Origin: Macrostomum lignano
Lineage: Eukaryota
NCBI GenBank assembly: GCA_002269645.1
Contig: NIVC01004114.1
Location: 49,548 to 113,547 of the forward strand
DNA: 64,000 nt
Direction of reading: 5' to 3'
The translations under genes and the position numbers were made by a program. Below the pieces are notes generated by a model. It was not told where the DNA came from and did not search any database. It was given only the letters and a program-made list of their open reading frames with translations. The first letter of the stretch is position 1. Each line of letters begins with the position of its first letter. This document shows positions 38,003-50,918 of the stretch, one piece after another.

Positions 38003-39631
38003 ATGCTCCCCTTGCTGCTCTGCCTGAGTTTGACAGTCGCTGCCTCCGCCTCCAAGCTGACGTTCGAGAAGACCCGACGCTGCCCCACCGCAGACGCCTC
38101 TCCGCTGCCGCACCGCCTGGCCAGCAAGCTGCAGTGCGCTGCCGCCTGCTCCCGACTGCCCACCTGCAACGCATTCCACTTCGACATCACCACCCGCCTG
38201 TGTTACCATGGAGACGCGTGTTCCCAACTCGAGCAATGGACTGACGGCGACTGCGACTCTTACAAGTACACCGATGTGCTGTGCGGAGACTGCAGTGAGC
38301 GGCTGCAGGCGGTGTGACTCGAATTAACCTGTTTTTCTGTCACACGCTAATCTGAGCACTCGCCAAAATTGCTTTTCAGATAAGGCAAAGCCTTTGCTTA
38401 CTGAGCTCAAACTGAAGCTTTTCTACAAGTTCTCAAGGAGCGGTCTCAAGAATGAGGTCAACCCGAGACTGTTCTGCCTCAAGGCTCGAGCTGTGGCCAT
38501 TGACGAAGATGGTGCTCACTTTAAAGGCCACTCTGGCTCCTACCTGAGGACTGAGACTCCCGGATTCTGGAAGTTTTTTCAGTTCGGTGCCGAATACTCG
38601 GTCTTTGTCCGAGCCAGACACCAATTTGATAGCGGGTAAGAGCAACCTTAGGTCTTACTGCATCTCAAACAATGCATGCCTAAAATAGTACCTGACATCA
38701 GGTTTAGTGCATAACCTTGTTGATTTGATGAGTTAGGTGTGCATCAATCACGAGAAGTTCGAAAACCCCACTGATGACTGCACGTTTACATGTTAGTGCC
38801 TATTTAAGCGCCCCAAGCTACATGTTGGCGCCTATTTAGCGCGGCAAGCATCACTTTTTACCACGGAACATGACCGCCCATTTACACTAGGGAGGGGACA
38901 GTCCCCCTTGATGACCTCCCTTGAATGACTTCCCATTGCAGGGAAGCGATAAGCTCAAGTAGTGTCCCGGTTTTAGTTGGTGGAGGAGGACATGTAGGGG
39001 AGGGAAGTTGCCCCGTATGTCCCCCTTTTGTTCCTCTGTCCATTGTAAGCAAGCAGATTAAGCTTGAAAATTTCATGCATAGTAGCCAGAATATCCTTAC
39101 TGGATCGTTACATGTACAGAGTGTACAAGTACTGTATTTAGCACTGGATGGAGCAATACGTTCGTAAACCAAATATTCTCCATCAAATATTGCAGGTACA
39201 AATACTATCACAAATTTGATCAATGCGGCTCTAACTTTGGCAGCTCTTTTATTCAGTATGACGGATACATTTATAATGTGGTAAAAATGAACCGGTTGAG
39301 AGATAGTAAAGGCTCTGCAGAAGCCTCTCGTCTCCTCTCCGCCGCACCATCCACTCTGCCAACGGACGGATTTTATGGACAACTGTCTGCTGGATTTGTC
39401 TTTAACGGGACCGGACATCAAAACTACTACCTGAACGGCACTTTTACTTCCATTGCATTGGTTGTCACAAACTCAATCGCCTATTCCCCAAGCGTGTTTG
39501 ACTGCCTAACCCTTGGACAGTCGACTGTTGATGCCAAATGTCTTAGCGGCACCATGTACTGCTATGGATTGAGTACAAAAGCACTTAGCCTGAGCGAGTT
39601 TCTGCAACTGGAACAACTCTGCAACCAATGA
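38003..39631 (+). CDS. Secreted PAN/apple-domain + concanavalin A/LamG-like protein; exons 38003-38294, 38380-38635, 39196-39631 (about 327 aa)
   Basis: Signal peptide MLPLLLCLSLTVAASA; PAN pattern QCAAACSRLPTCNAFHF....LC; LamG-like FKGHSGSYL...YYLNG...LTLG...LSGTMYCYGLSTKALS.SEFLQL. Splice sites A|GTGAGC, TTTTCAG|, GG|GTAAG, TTGCAG| have consistent phases. Confidence 0.75.
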
Positions 39632-40293
39632 TCGAGTGACTGAGTGATCGAGTTTCTGCAAGTGGATTACCAGAATTAACACTTAACAGACGTCGAGTTG
39701 GTCGCGTTTAATAAATTTTCACAGAAAAATGGCATTAGCTATCCGTTCAAACATTGTGTTGGCTGATGATTTTTGCCAAAGTGTAGCGATGTCCTTCCTA
39801 GTCCAGAAGTCTTTGATTTCATCATGTGACTGCTTTCGCGTTCATAACTATCCATGCCACCTTATCTTTGCATCAGTCAGCGTGAATGAATAAGTGTGGA
39901 ATGAATAATTGTCGATTGACGCTTTTATGTAGATATGAAATTTGTACCACCAGACCGTAAATTTGGGTAAGTTTATGGTTCTTATCTTTTCGATTTCACA
40001 TTGCGGGGTCAAGAGGGTCATTATCAATTTACGAGTTAATCATTTAGTCTGTTTTTTATTTTATAGCTTTATCAAATAATTTCTCTGTGCCCAGAGTTTC
40101 CATCAATTCAGTTGAATTATCGATTGATTTCTTATCTGCTCTTATTTCTCGAATTTTCCAATAGCTAGTTATCAAACCATGATTGTTATCAGCAATCCTT
40201 GCCTATTACTCAATCCCAATTATTTAAATTACCGTTGCTCAAAAAAGTCATTCCTGCACTCAAAAACTGCACGCCCAGTCAATCGCTAATGAT

Positions 40294-40752
40294 TTCTCAG
40301 CATTCGCCGATTCTCGTTTCGCCGATTCTCGTTTCGCCGAATCTCATTTCGCCGATTCTCGTTTCGCCGACATCTCATTTCGCCGATTCTCGTTTCGCCG
40401 ACATTCTCATTTCGCCGATTCTCGTTTCGCCGAAATTAATTTCATAACCATCTGGACATTAGATCATCGACCTCCTATCATACATATATACCACTGGCTA
40501 TAGACTTTTTACTATAGACTATGCAGAAGGAGGAATTCTTAATTTTAACTTAATTTTTCAAGCCATAGACATCTAAATCACATTTGCATTAGTGTAGTTG
40601 TCTATGGTCTAATGTCCAGATGGTTATGAAATTAATTTCGGCGAAACGAGAATCGGCAAAATGAGAATGTCGGCGAAACGAGAATCGGCGAAATGAGAAT
40701 GTCGGCGAAATGAGAATCGGCGAAACGAGAATCGGCGAAATGAGAGGTACCC
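40294..40752. mobile_element. Internally deleted foldback/MULE derivative (left terminus missing)
   Basis: Inverted arrays of TTCTC(G/A)TTTCGCCGA; right end GAGAGGTACCC identical to the 41188-42487 element. Confidence 0.8.
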
Positions 40753-40959
40753 AATTTTAAGAGAATTGGTTGAACTGTCTTTATAAAAATCAACCACACA
40801 AGTGCACACACACACCCAGATGAAGTGCTAGATTAGTATAGATATTGACGGTTGGAACTTGGATGGAACCGTGACAAACTGTTTTTTTATGAACTGTCGC
40901 GACTTTCTTTAGTCATTTCTTCAGTTCAGCTGCACTTGTCTCTGTTTACTCTGTTTTCT

Positions 40960-41110
40960 CTCCCTGTGTCTAATTTAATCTTGTTATTTCTTATCTCTCT
41001 CCCTCGCTGCCTTCTGATTGGCTCTTCAATCTCGCCTCTTTCCTTATCGAGCACTCCACCCACCCCTCTTTTTCTTGCTTGCACTCAACCAATAACCACC
41101 CCGTCTATCA
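40960..41110. repeat. Dispersed CCAAT-containing repeat, reverse complement of 13530-13640
   Basis: GAGCCAATCAGAAGGCAGCGAGGGAGAGAGATAA is shared between the two loci. Confidence 0.7.
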
Positions 41111-41187
41111 TTTAGACGGGTGTCGCATTTAAAGACTGTATTAAGGGAGAACAAAGCAATAAGCTTGAGAAAGAAAACAGACCACAA

Positions 41188-42487
41188 GGGTACCTCTCAT
41201 TTCGCCGATTCTCGTTTCGCCGATTCTCGTTTCGCCGAATCTCATTTCACCAATTCTCGGTTCGCCGACATTCTTATTTCGCCGATTCTCATTTCGCCGA
41301 CATTCTCATTTCGCCGATTCTCATTTCGCCGACATTCTCATTTCGCCGATTCTCGTTTCGCCGACATTCTCATTTCGCCGATTCTCGGTTCGCCGAAATT
41401 AGTTTCATAACCATCTGGACATTAGACAATAGACAACTACGCTCGTACACTAATGCAAGTGTGATTTAGATGTCTATGGCTTGAAAAATAAAGTATTGTA
41501 TTGGTAATATAGCTTTTTGCAGCCCATTTGGGCTTACGGGCATTTAATTTAATCCAAGATACGTTTGCCAATGTAACGGAGCTTTTGTCTATGGTAGCAA
41601 GGCTGGCACAGCAGCATTCAATTTGGTCCAACAAGCATCAATTTGGTCCAAACGCTCGTGAGCCATTCGGCAAACTCCTGTCTTCTCGCAACCGTCTGCG
41701 GGTTGTTGCGTACCGCTGGAATGTCAGAGTCTCTACCGACAATTTTCTGTCGCTTTTCCAGAGCTCTGCTGATAGCCGAACTCTGATAATATCCCATAAT
41801 GTGAAGCAGCTGCCCTCCACGCGAACTTGGGACAAAAGTAGCTAATTGTAGTGCTGCTTGAGCCATGGTGCGTTTGCATGAAAGTTGGATGTTATTCCTC
41901 AACCTCCTTGTCCTCCTACCATACATATATACCACTGGCTATAGACTTTTTACCATAGACTATGCAGAAGGATTACCATAGACTATACAGAAGGAAGAAT
42001 TCCTAATTTTAACTTTATTTTTCAAGCCATAGAGATCTAAATCACACTTGCATTAGTGTAGTTGTCTATGGTCTATTGTCCAGATGGTTATGAAACTAAT
42101 TTCGGCGAACCGAGAATCGGCGAAATGAGAATGTCGGCGAAATGAGAATCGGCGAAATGATAATGTTGGCGAAATGAGAATCGGCGAAATGAGAATGTCG
42201 GCGAACCGAGAATCGGTACAATGAGAATGTCGGCGAACCGAGAACCGGCGAAATGAGAATGTCGGCGAAACGAGAATCGGCGAAACGAGAATCGGCGAAA
42301 TGAGAATGTCGGCGAAATGAGAATCGGCGAAATGATAATGTTGGCGAAATGAGAATCGGCGAAATGAGAATGTCGGCGAACCGAGAATCGGTACAATGAG
42401 AATGTCGGCGAACCGAGAACCGGCGAAATGAGAATGTCGGCGAAACGAGAATCGGCGAAACGAGAATCGGCGAAATGAGAGGTACCC
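41188..42487. mobile_element. Foldback-type non-autonomous MULE with long modular TIRs
   Basis: Termini GGGTACCTCTC...GAGAGGTACCC; 9-bp TSD AGACCACAA (41179-41187, 42488-42496); internal minus-strand FLYWCH-like start FVPSSRGGQLLHIMGY. Confidence 0.9.
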
Positions 42488-44519
42488 AGACCACAACTGA
42501 ACTGACAACAGATAATAAAGAAGATTAGCAGAAGCGGGTCAGTGAAATGAAGCGCCTTGTCTACGCCTTCAAATTGTTGACCGAGTTGAGCAGCTCCTAG
42601 ATGAACAGAACACCTGGAATAGGTATGGTAAGCCAGGCCAAGATCCGGTGAAACGTGGATTACTCGTATTTTCATCAGTGTAGCGCAAATGACATTCCGG
42701 GGTCAAATCAGTCAGCACTGGGCGAATTCCTGCCCCCGTGCTATGTTCTCTGGCAAGTTCCGAACCGCCGGCATGTCCGCATATCTTCCCAGGCACTTCA
42801 AAGTGATTAACTGCTTGTCTAGGCTTTTGCTTATTGCTCACTAGATAGAAATCATTTTCATATATCAATCCTACGCAGTCCCAAATATTATCAATGTTCT
42901 GATTCTGAACTACCGTATAATACATTGAATGGATAGAGTAATTAGATCTAAAAAAGAGAAAACACAAGCATAGAAGTTGCCTAGCTAATTACGACAACGA
43001 GTAACTTCATGGTATAAGCTCAAGCCAAGGTCCTCATCAAAAAAGGTCCTCACCGCCCCGGCCCTCAGTTTGATCAGTAATGCGCCCCTCTAGTGTAAAT
43101 GATGGCGCCCCTCTATAGTGTACGAGCTATATATGACAGCGCACCTCTATGTTAAGTATGGCGTTTCTCTCTTACGGTTAAAATCCGCCATCCCTCATTT
43201 TATATTTCTAAATCCGCCTCTGAACTGAAGTAGTCAAGCTAGACGATAAAGAGACCTTCTGTCTTAATTCCAATTGCCAAATTGCTGCAGAGTTTGCCAA
43301 CACAGAGGGAAGGGCAGTGGTTAGAATTTCTCACTAAACTGTTATGGCTAAATGTAGCCTCTCCACTCTCGGGGTGCAGAGAAGGCTATAAAAAAAGTTA
43401 TTCCAAAACACTGTACATTTGCTATTTCCATTCGGCCCTTATCGCCTGACCCTTGGTCTGGTTTCTGGGGAATGAGTGAGTGGCACAAACAACAGAAAAA
43501 GCAGACAAACTTCACATGCTTACAGTTTCTGTTCTGATTGGGTTACAGAGTTGAAACTTTACATTTTGACAGAGAATGAGTCAATAAAGAATTGTGTCAA
43601 GTTTGAAGTCAATCGCTTTACGTGGAGCAAACTTATGGCAGCTGAAAGTTAGTCAATTTTGAAACCCTTTTACACATCTGGGCCCAGATCGGGAGAGAGG
43701 CAGGCGAGCGGAGGTTGGGGTGGCTGCCTTGCTGAAAAAAAACAGCAGCCATTTGCGCGGACTAGTTATTAGTTGTTGTCTTAAAGAAGCCACACACGAT
43801 GATTGTAGCGATGGTATGCGAGTCTGGCTCGTCTTAAATATGATCAGCTCTGATCTTTCTCGTTTTATTATCCCCAAGCTCATCGACTTGGATTGCTTCA
43901 CGACCTGTAGCCATAGCTTTTTATTAGTCTATGGCTCGACGTGGCTATTCGTACGTAGCAATAATAATAAATAAAACTCTGCCTTTATACTTAAGGCTAG
44001 TATGCAGCATTAGTCTTAGTTTTTGATACATGTATTTACTCGTAAAAAAATGCACTAAACACATTGAGACTGCTTGGAGAAGCTGATCTGGTGTATGAGT
44101 TCGCTGATTTTATTGGTTTCAACTATGTGCATATCGAATACAAATAGTGGTTATAGTGCAAGCTGGTAAGCTGGGTGCTTTTACATATGTTGCTCGCTTG
44201 AAGTTTAGTTCGACTGAAGAAAGAGCGATTCGCTAAGCTACAATATCGAATATATAATAAAAAATAATGCAACTGCTTGGGAACTCTTACTTAGTAGCTA
44301 AAGGTAAGAAACGCAAAAAGATTGGCTTGCTTCCTAAAATGCATCGATGCTTAAAAGCACAATGCTACAATATGAATTTGAAATCCTGTGCCGAGTTAAA
44401 TTCTATTAAATTAACTACACTTGCTAACCAAATTAAAGAACTAAAGTACTGTCACGCTGCTGTGGATCATTTGTCGACTTCTGAGCAGCATCTGTGGAGT
44501 TCCTTAACTAAACGCAGGA

Positions 44520-47500
44520 TCAAGCTGTTGATCTCAGGCGGAAGTACGCTATTTCAGATGCTCCACCGCAAAATTCTATGTGATTTCCTGGGCATCGGAG
44601 CGAGCAACTTGTATTGGCCACCAATTTTAATGAACCTCCTGGTACTCTCTTTTCAGGCAAGTCCTCAGCACACATGCATTTGTTACCATTACCGATGGCG
44701 AAGTATTTCAATTTGCTGTAGAGATCACGCCTTATACACTCGGTAGCGCAAATCAGGTGTGAGCCGTGCGACATCTCTTTGATGGCTATCGATTCGTACT
44801 CGGCCTCATAAAAGTCACTATATGCCATGTAGCATGCCTCCATAGAACCTGAAGCATTAATTAACACCAAGTGAGCAGATATACACAAACTAATGGTCAT
44901 ATTTTCAATAAAATCATGCAGAAATATCCAACAGATCATGCATCAAAATGAACTCAAATAGTTACTCACTTGGAAGAACTGGATAGACCTTCGCTCCCTG
45001 CTTGAATTTATCTAAATGGGAAAATTGTTGGGGTTGGAATCGGTAGAGAGCATTTTACATCAGCTTGAGCAGATGTCCAGATTAAATGGAGATAAAATGA
45101 GGGAGGAGAGCAGCTCAACTGGAAGCATTGCAAGACTCGTGAGAAGAATTGAAGTCTCATTGGAGAATCGTATACAATGGTAAGATGTGAACAAAGGCAA
45201 ATTTCCAAAAATGAATACTCGCCTGTTTTCGGAGGAGTAAGTGTTGAACTAAGGCGAAAATATGCCAGATTATATAGACCACCGCACGATTCCCTGTGAT
45301 TTCCTGGGCATCGGAGCGAGCAACTTGTATTGGCCACCAATTTTAATGAACCTCCTGGTACTCTCTTTTCAGGCAGTCCTCAGCACACATGCATTTGTTA
45401 CCATTACCGATGGCGAAGTATTTCAATTTGCTGTAGAGATCACGCCTTATACACTCGGTAGCGCAAATCAGGTGTGAGCCGTGCGACATCTCTTTGATGG
45501 CTATCGATTCGTACTCGGCCTCATAAAAGTCACTATATGCCATGTAGCATGCCTCCATAGAACCTGAAGCATTAATTAACACCAAGTGAGCAGATATACA
45601 CAAACTAATGGTCATATTTTCAATAAAATCATGCAGAAATATCCAACAGATCATGCATCAAAATGAACTCAAATAGTTACTCACTTGGAAGAACTGGATA
45701 GACCTTCGCTCCCTGCTTGAATTTATCTAAATGGGAAAATTGTTGGGGTTGGAATCGGTAGAGAGCATTTTACATCAGCTTGAGCAGATGTCCAGATTAA
45801 ATGGAGATAAAATGAGGGAGGAGAGCAGCTCAACTGGAAGCATTGCAAGACTCGTGAGAAGAATTGAAGTCTCATTGGAGAATCGTATACAATGGTAAGA
45901 TGTGAACAAAGGCAAATTTCCAAAAATGAATACTCGCCTGTTTTCGGAGGAGTAAGTGTTGAACTAAGGCGAAAATATGCCAGATTATATAGACCACCGC
46001 ACGATTCCCTGTGATTTCCTGGGCATCGGAGCGAGCAACTTGTATTGGCCACCAATTTTAATGAACCTCCTGGTACTCTCTTTTCAGGCAGTCCTCAGCA
46101 CACATGCATTTGTTACCATTACCGATGGCGAAGTATTTCAATTTGCTGTAGAGATCACGCCTTATACACTCGGTAGCGCAAATCAGGTGTGAGCCGTGCG
46201 ACATCTCTTTGATGGCTATCGATTCGTACTCGGCCTCATAAAAGTCACTATATGCCATGTAGCATGCCTCCATAGAACCTGAAGCATTAATTAACACCAA
46301 GTGAGCAGATATACACAAACTAATGGTCATATTTTCAATAAAATCATGCAGAAATATCCAACAGATCATGCATCAAAATGAACTCAAATAGTTACTCACT
46401 TGGAAGAACTGGATAGACCTTCGCTCCCTGCTTGAATTTATCTAAATGGGAAAATTGTTGGGGTTGGAATCGGTAGAGAGCATTTTACATCAGCTTGAGC
46501 AGATGTCCAGATTAAATGGAGATAAAATGAGGGAGGAGAGCAGCTCAACTGGAAGCATTGCAAGACTCGTGAGAAGAATTGAAGTCTCATTGGAGAATCG
46601 TATACAATGGTAAGATGTGAACAAAGGCAAATTTCCAAAAATGAATACTCGCCTGTTTTCGGAGGAGTAAGTGTTGAACTAAGGCGAAAATATGCCAGAT
46701 TATATAGACCACCGCACGATTCCCTGTGATTTCCTGGGCATCGGAGCGAGCAACTTGTATTGGCCACCAATTTTAATGAACCTCCTGGTACTCTCTTTTC
46801 AGGCAGTCCTCAGCACACATGCATTTGTTACCATTACCGATGGCGAAGTATTTCAATTTGCTGTAGAGATCACGCCTTATACACTCGGTAGCGCAAATCA
46901 GGTGTGAGCCGTGCGACATCTCTTTGATGGCTATCGATTCGTACTCGGCCTCATAAAAGTCACTATATGCCATGTAGCATGCCTCCATAGAACCTGAAGC
47001 ATTAATTAACACCAAGTGAGCAGATATACACAAACTAATGGTCATATTTTCAATAAAATCATGCAGAAATATCCAACAGATCATGCATCAAAATGAACTC
47101 AAATAGTTACTCACTTGGAAGAACTGGATAGACCTTCGCTCCCTGCTTGAATTTATCTAAATGGGAAAATTGTTGGGGTTGGAATCGGTAGAGAGCATTT
47201 TACATCAGCTTGAGCAGATGTCCAGATTAAATGGAGATAAAATGAGGGAGGAGAGCAGCTCAACTGGAAGCATTGCAAGACTCGTGAGAAGAATTGAAGT
47301 CTCATTGGAGAATCGTATACAATGGTAAGATGTGAACAAAGGCAAATTTCCAAAAATGAATACTCGCCTGTTTTCGGAGGAGTAAGTGTTGAACTAAGGC
47401 GAAAATATGCCAGATTATATAGACCACCGCACGATTCCCTGTGATTTCCTGGGCATCGGAGCGAGCAACTTGTATTGGCCACCAATTTTAATGAACCTCC

Positions 47501-49256
47501 TGGTACTCTCTTTTCAGGCAGTCCTCAGCACACATGCATTTGTTACCATTACCGATGGCGAAGTATTTCAATTTGCTGTAGAGATCACGCCTTATACACT
47601 CGGTAGCGCAAATCAGGTGTGAGCCGTGCGACATCTCTTTGATGGCTATCGATTCGTACTCGGCCTCATAAAAGTCACTATATGCCATGTAGCATGCCTC
47701 CATAGAACCTGAAGCATTAATTAACACCAAGTGAGCAGATATACACAAACTAATGGTCATATTTTCAATAAAATCATGCAGAAATATCCAACAGATCATG
47801 CATCAAAATGAACTCAAATAGTTACTCACTTGGAAGAACTGGATAGACCTTCGCTCCCTGCTTGAATTTATCTAAATGGGAAAATTGTTGGGGTTGGAAT
47901 CGGTAGAGAGCATTTTACATCAGCTTGAGCAGATGTCCAGATTAAATGGAGATAAAATGAGGGAGGAAAGCAGCTCAACTGGAAGCTTAGAGGAATCGCA
48001 TGTGGACTTCAGTTTGCGAATCTGGGATTCCAACCTGTTTAGTAGTAAAGCGTGTGTGTTTCTGTACCCATTTTCACCTCAGTCAGAACCGGCTCATTTC
48101 ACTGAATAGGTCGTACCTGCCTGATTTCTGAGAAAAGTGTTTTCTTTAGGCTGAAATACACTGTCCCATCCTGTGACCCGCAGTCATGCGCTGAGTTCTC
48201 TATCTGGCTTTCAAGGTAGAAGTGTTTTCCGGTCGCTGGCTTAAAGGTACAAGCTGATCGGGCATGGAGAGGGGGCTTACAGTATGTAGGGATATCGCTA
48301 TTGGAAAATCAACTTTAAAGCCGAAGTCTCCTCACCTGGATTTCTCAAAGCGTTGTGCTCTTTCGGATCCTTCTGCGTTTCCGGAAGTGCAACAAGCTTA
48401 GCTGAAAGGCGGCAGTATTATCGTGAATGCAGCTCAGCATGAGCACAAGCTAAACCGTTTGTCAAAGGCAAGAAAAGCTATTGAGAAACAAAAATGAAAA
48501 CAAAAAAATGCCAAACAAAATGAGGCCTCTCGATCCGGCCAAGAGGTCCTTTGGAACCTCACAATAGCAATTTGGCACGCTCAGAATTTGTGTCTTCCGA
48601 ACTCTCTACAGATAGTCGAATCGAATTTCCCTCTCTCTGCTCTCTCCTCTCTTTTCTCCTGCTTTTCTCTCTTCTCCTCTCTCCTATCTTCTTCTCTCCT
48701 TTTCTACTTTCTTTTTTCCATTTCCTCTCTCGCCTTTCTGCTCTCTCCTCTCTCTTCTTCTGCTTTTCTTCCTTTTCCCGTCTCCTCTCTCCTCTTCTCT
48801 CTTCTCACTTATTTCCTCGTTTCTTCTCTCCTGTCTCTCTTCTCTTTTCCCGCTCCTTTGTCCCCTCCTGTGACCCGCAGTCATGCGCTGAGTTCTCTAT
48901 CTGGCTTTTCAGGTAAAAAAGCTTTGGGTCCCTGGCTTAAAGGGTACAAGCTGATCGGGCATATAGAGGGGGGCTTACAGTATGTAGGGATATCGCTATT
49001 GGAAAATCAACTATAAAGCCGAAGTCTCCTCACCTGGATTTCTCAAAGCGTTGTGCTCTTTCGGATCCTTCTGCGTTTCCGGAAGTGCAACAAGCTTAGC
49101 TGAAAGGCGGCAGTATTATCGTGAATGCAGCTCAGCATGAGTACAAGCTAAAGCGCAGGAGAATAACCTATACTCACATTTCTTTGAGGAAGGGCAGCTC
49201 AAAGATCCGTAGATGGCTGCGCTCATGCAGAACAGAAGCAGAACCGCTCGGATCAT
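44520..49256 (-). CDS. Secreted WSC-domain gene with an amplified exon pair; signal exon 49256-49178, 42-bp exon + WSC exon repeated five times at 715-bp period, terminal WSC exon 44848-44520
   Basis: Signal MIRAVLLLFCMSAAIYG; WSC pattern CATEC...YFAIGNGNKCMC...CSLRCPGN..E.CGG...AYF; all junctions phase 1. The four internal WSC exons are 341 bp (1-bp deletion). Confidence 0.7.
44700..47990. repeat. 715-bp tandem array (about 4.5 copies)
   Basis: ORF track repeats at 45008/45723/46438/47153 with identical translations. Confidence 0.97.
48162..49152. repeat. About 290-bp direct repeats (48162-48454, 48859-49152) flanking a CT-rich tract, in WSC-gene intron 1
   Basis: CCTGTGACCCGCAGTCATGCG...GCAGCTCAGCATGAG occurs twice. 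Confidence 0.85.
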
Positions 49257-50075
49257 ATTTGAGTCGAGGCGAGTAATTAGATGAACTGATCCGCACAACC
49301 TTTTGTTGAACTTGTTAAGAACTGGTTTAGGTTTCTTCTTGTTTTTTCTAGTGCCGTCTGGCGAAACTTCGTGAAAAGTGCAATGAGGCGAAAAGTAGAC
49401 ATTCTGAGAGAGTCGCCACAGAAGCAACTGTACAATCCCAGTCAGTGGAGCTTTGGCCATAGACAGTTTGGATGTTCGAGAACTCGATGAGGCAGATTTT
49501 CATTTCTGCCTTACTTTGCACACTGCGCTGTGAATGGTTTACTACTGCGAAAGTATGAAGAAATCCGAAATTGAATTCTTTTGTCACTCGTAGAAAATGC
49601 TTGTTCCATTTCATAAAGTTTTGCCGTCTAGCTAAAAGATAAAATATAGACTATCGGAAAGTGGAAAGCTGGCAGGAAGCTTTTTACGCTCTGTCATGGA
49701 ATTCGATAGACAACACTACATCGACAAAAGAACCTTCAATCTCTTTAAGAATAGTTAAATTTCCCGCTATTTTCTCGACAGAACATTTTTTGGCTGTACA
49801 GTTCCGATAGTAGACTCTGAGCAACAAGTGGAGTAGAATCGTATTATTTTCTATTTTCACTGTGTATTTTTTGCGTATGTTGGCCCCCAGTTTTAATGTT
49901 GTGAGTGCTCTGTGTAGTAGAACTTTCACTACACAGAATTTAGATAATATTTGCACGATCGATAAATTAGGCCTTTCCGTGTGCGTGGCGCGCGAAGAGG
50001 ACCAGTTTATTACTTTCCTTAATATGCAGCATGTCCATCGCCTAGGTTTAACTCTCCCTCTCACTCTCTCTTATC

Positions 50076-50535
50076 TAGGGATTGCAAAATCCCGGATTTG
50101 GCCAATCCAGGGATTGAATCCCGGGATCAGAAAAATACAGATTTTCGAGCTTCTAGGTTGAAATTTTAAGGCAAAAAATATGCGCTAAACGCTTTTTTGC
50201 TCACTTTTTTATTGTTATAGAGAAAATGATCTATTTGTAGATGAAAAACAGCATTATCTTGTGACCTATTGAAGTAAGTAGTATAAATGTACTAATTAGT
50301 AGTAATTAAGAAGCAAATCATATCAAAATTTAAATTGGAATTAATTTCACATTTAAATCTGTGGTGCGGGGTTTAAAAAGGTGTCACACGACGTGAGGCA
50401 ATTAACGGAAATTAGCGCAGTATAATAAACTAGTTGTGGGCCTAATTATGTTCATATTACAGCACTTTTTAAAAAAATACGAGTATTAACAAAAATTAGT
50501 CCCGGGATTTCGGGATCCCGGGATTGCAATCCCTA
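50076..50535. mobile_element. hAT-type MITE
   Basis: TIR TAGGGATTGCA..ATCCCGG; 8-bp TSD CTCTTATC (50068-50075, 50536-50543). Confidence 0.9.
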
Positions 50536-50642
50536 CTCTTATCTCTCTCGGCTTTTACGACCGCCTGTTGCTAAATTTAGCTTTTTACAAAGTGTTGGTT
50601 TATTTTAGGGAAGGTTGTGAACTGAATTTATGTGCTAGAAAA

Positions 50643-50918
50643 GGGTCGCTTTCATAAGACCGAAATTTCACAACGCCGAAAACTACTGCACGATCCTTCA
50701 CAAGACCGAAACTTCATAAGACCGAAATTTCACAACGCCGAAAACTCAAAATACAGGGCCTTTCACAAGACCAAAATTTCACATCGTAGAAAACTTAATA
50801 CAATAAGGAGCATGCAGAATTTTCGGCGTTGTGAAATTTCGGTCTTAATGAAGTTTTGGTCTTGTGAAGTATGGTGTTTCGGCGTTGTGAAATTTCGGTC
50901 TTAAAATCCCCCCCCCCC
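50643..50918. mobile_element. Small foldback MITE with modular TIRs
   Basis: TAAGACCGAAATTTCACAACGCCGAAA modules are inverted; GGG...CCC ends; TSD CTAGAAAA(GG), 8-10 bp. Confidence 0.8.

Noticed and set aside
42530-42960. Possible exon or MULE fragment (DPVKRGLLVFSS; G|GTAAGC donor)
   Set aside because: Stops in all plus frames and no diagnostic motif continuity.
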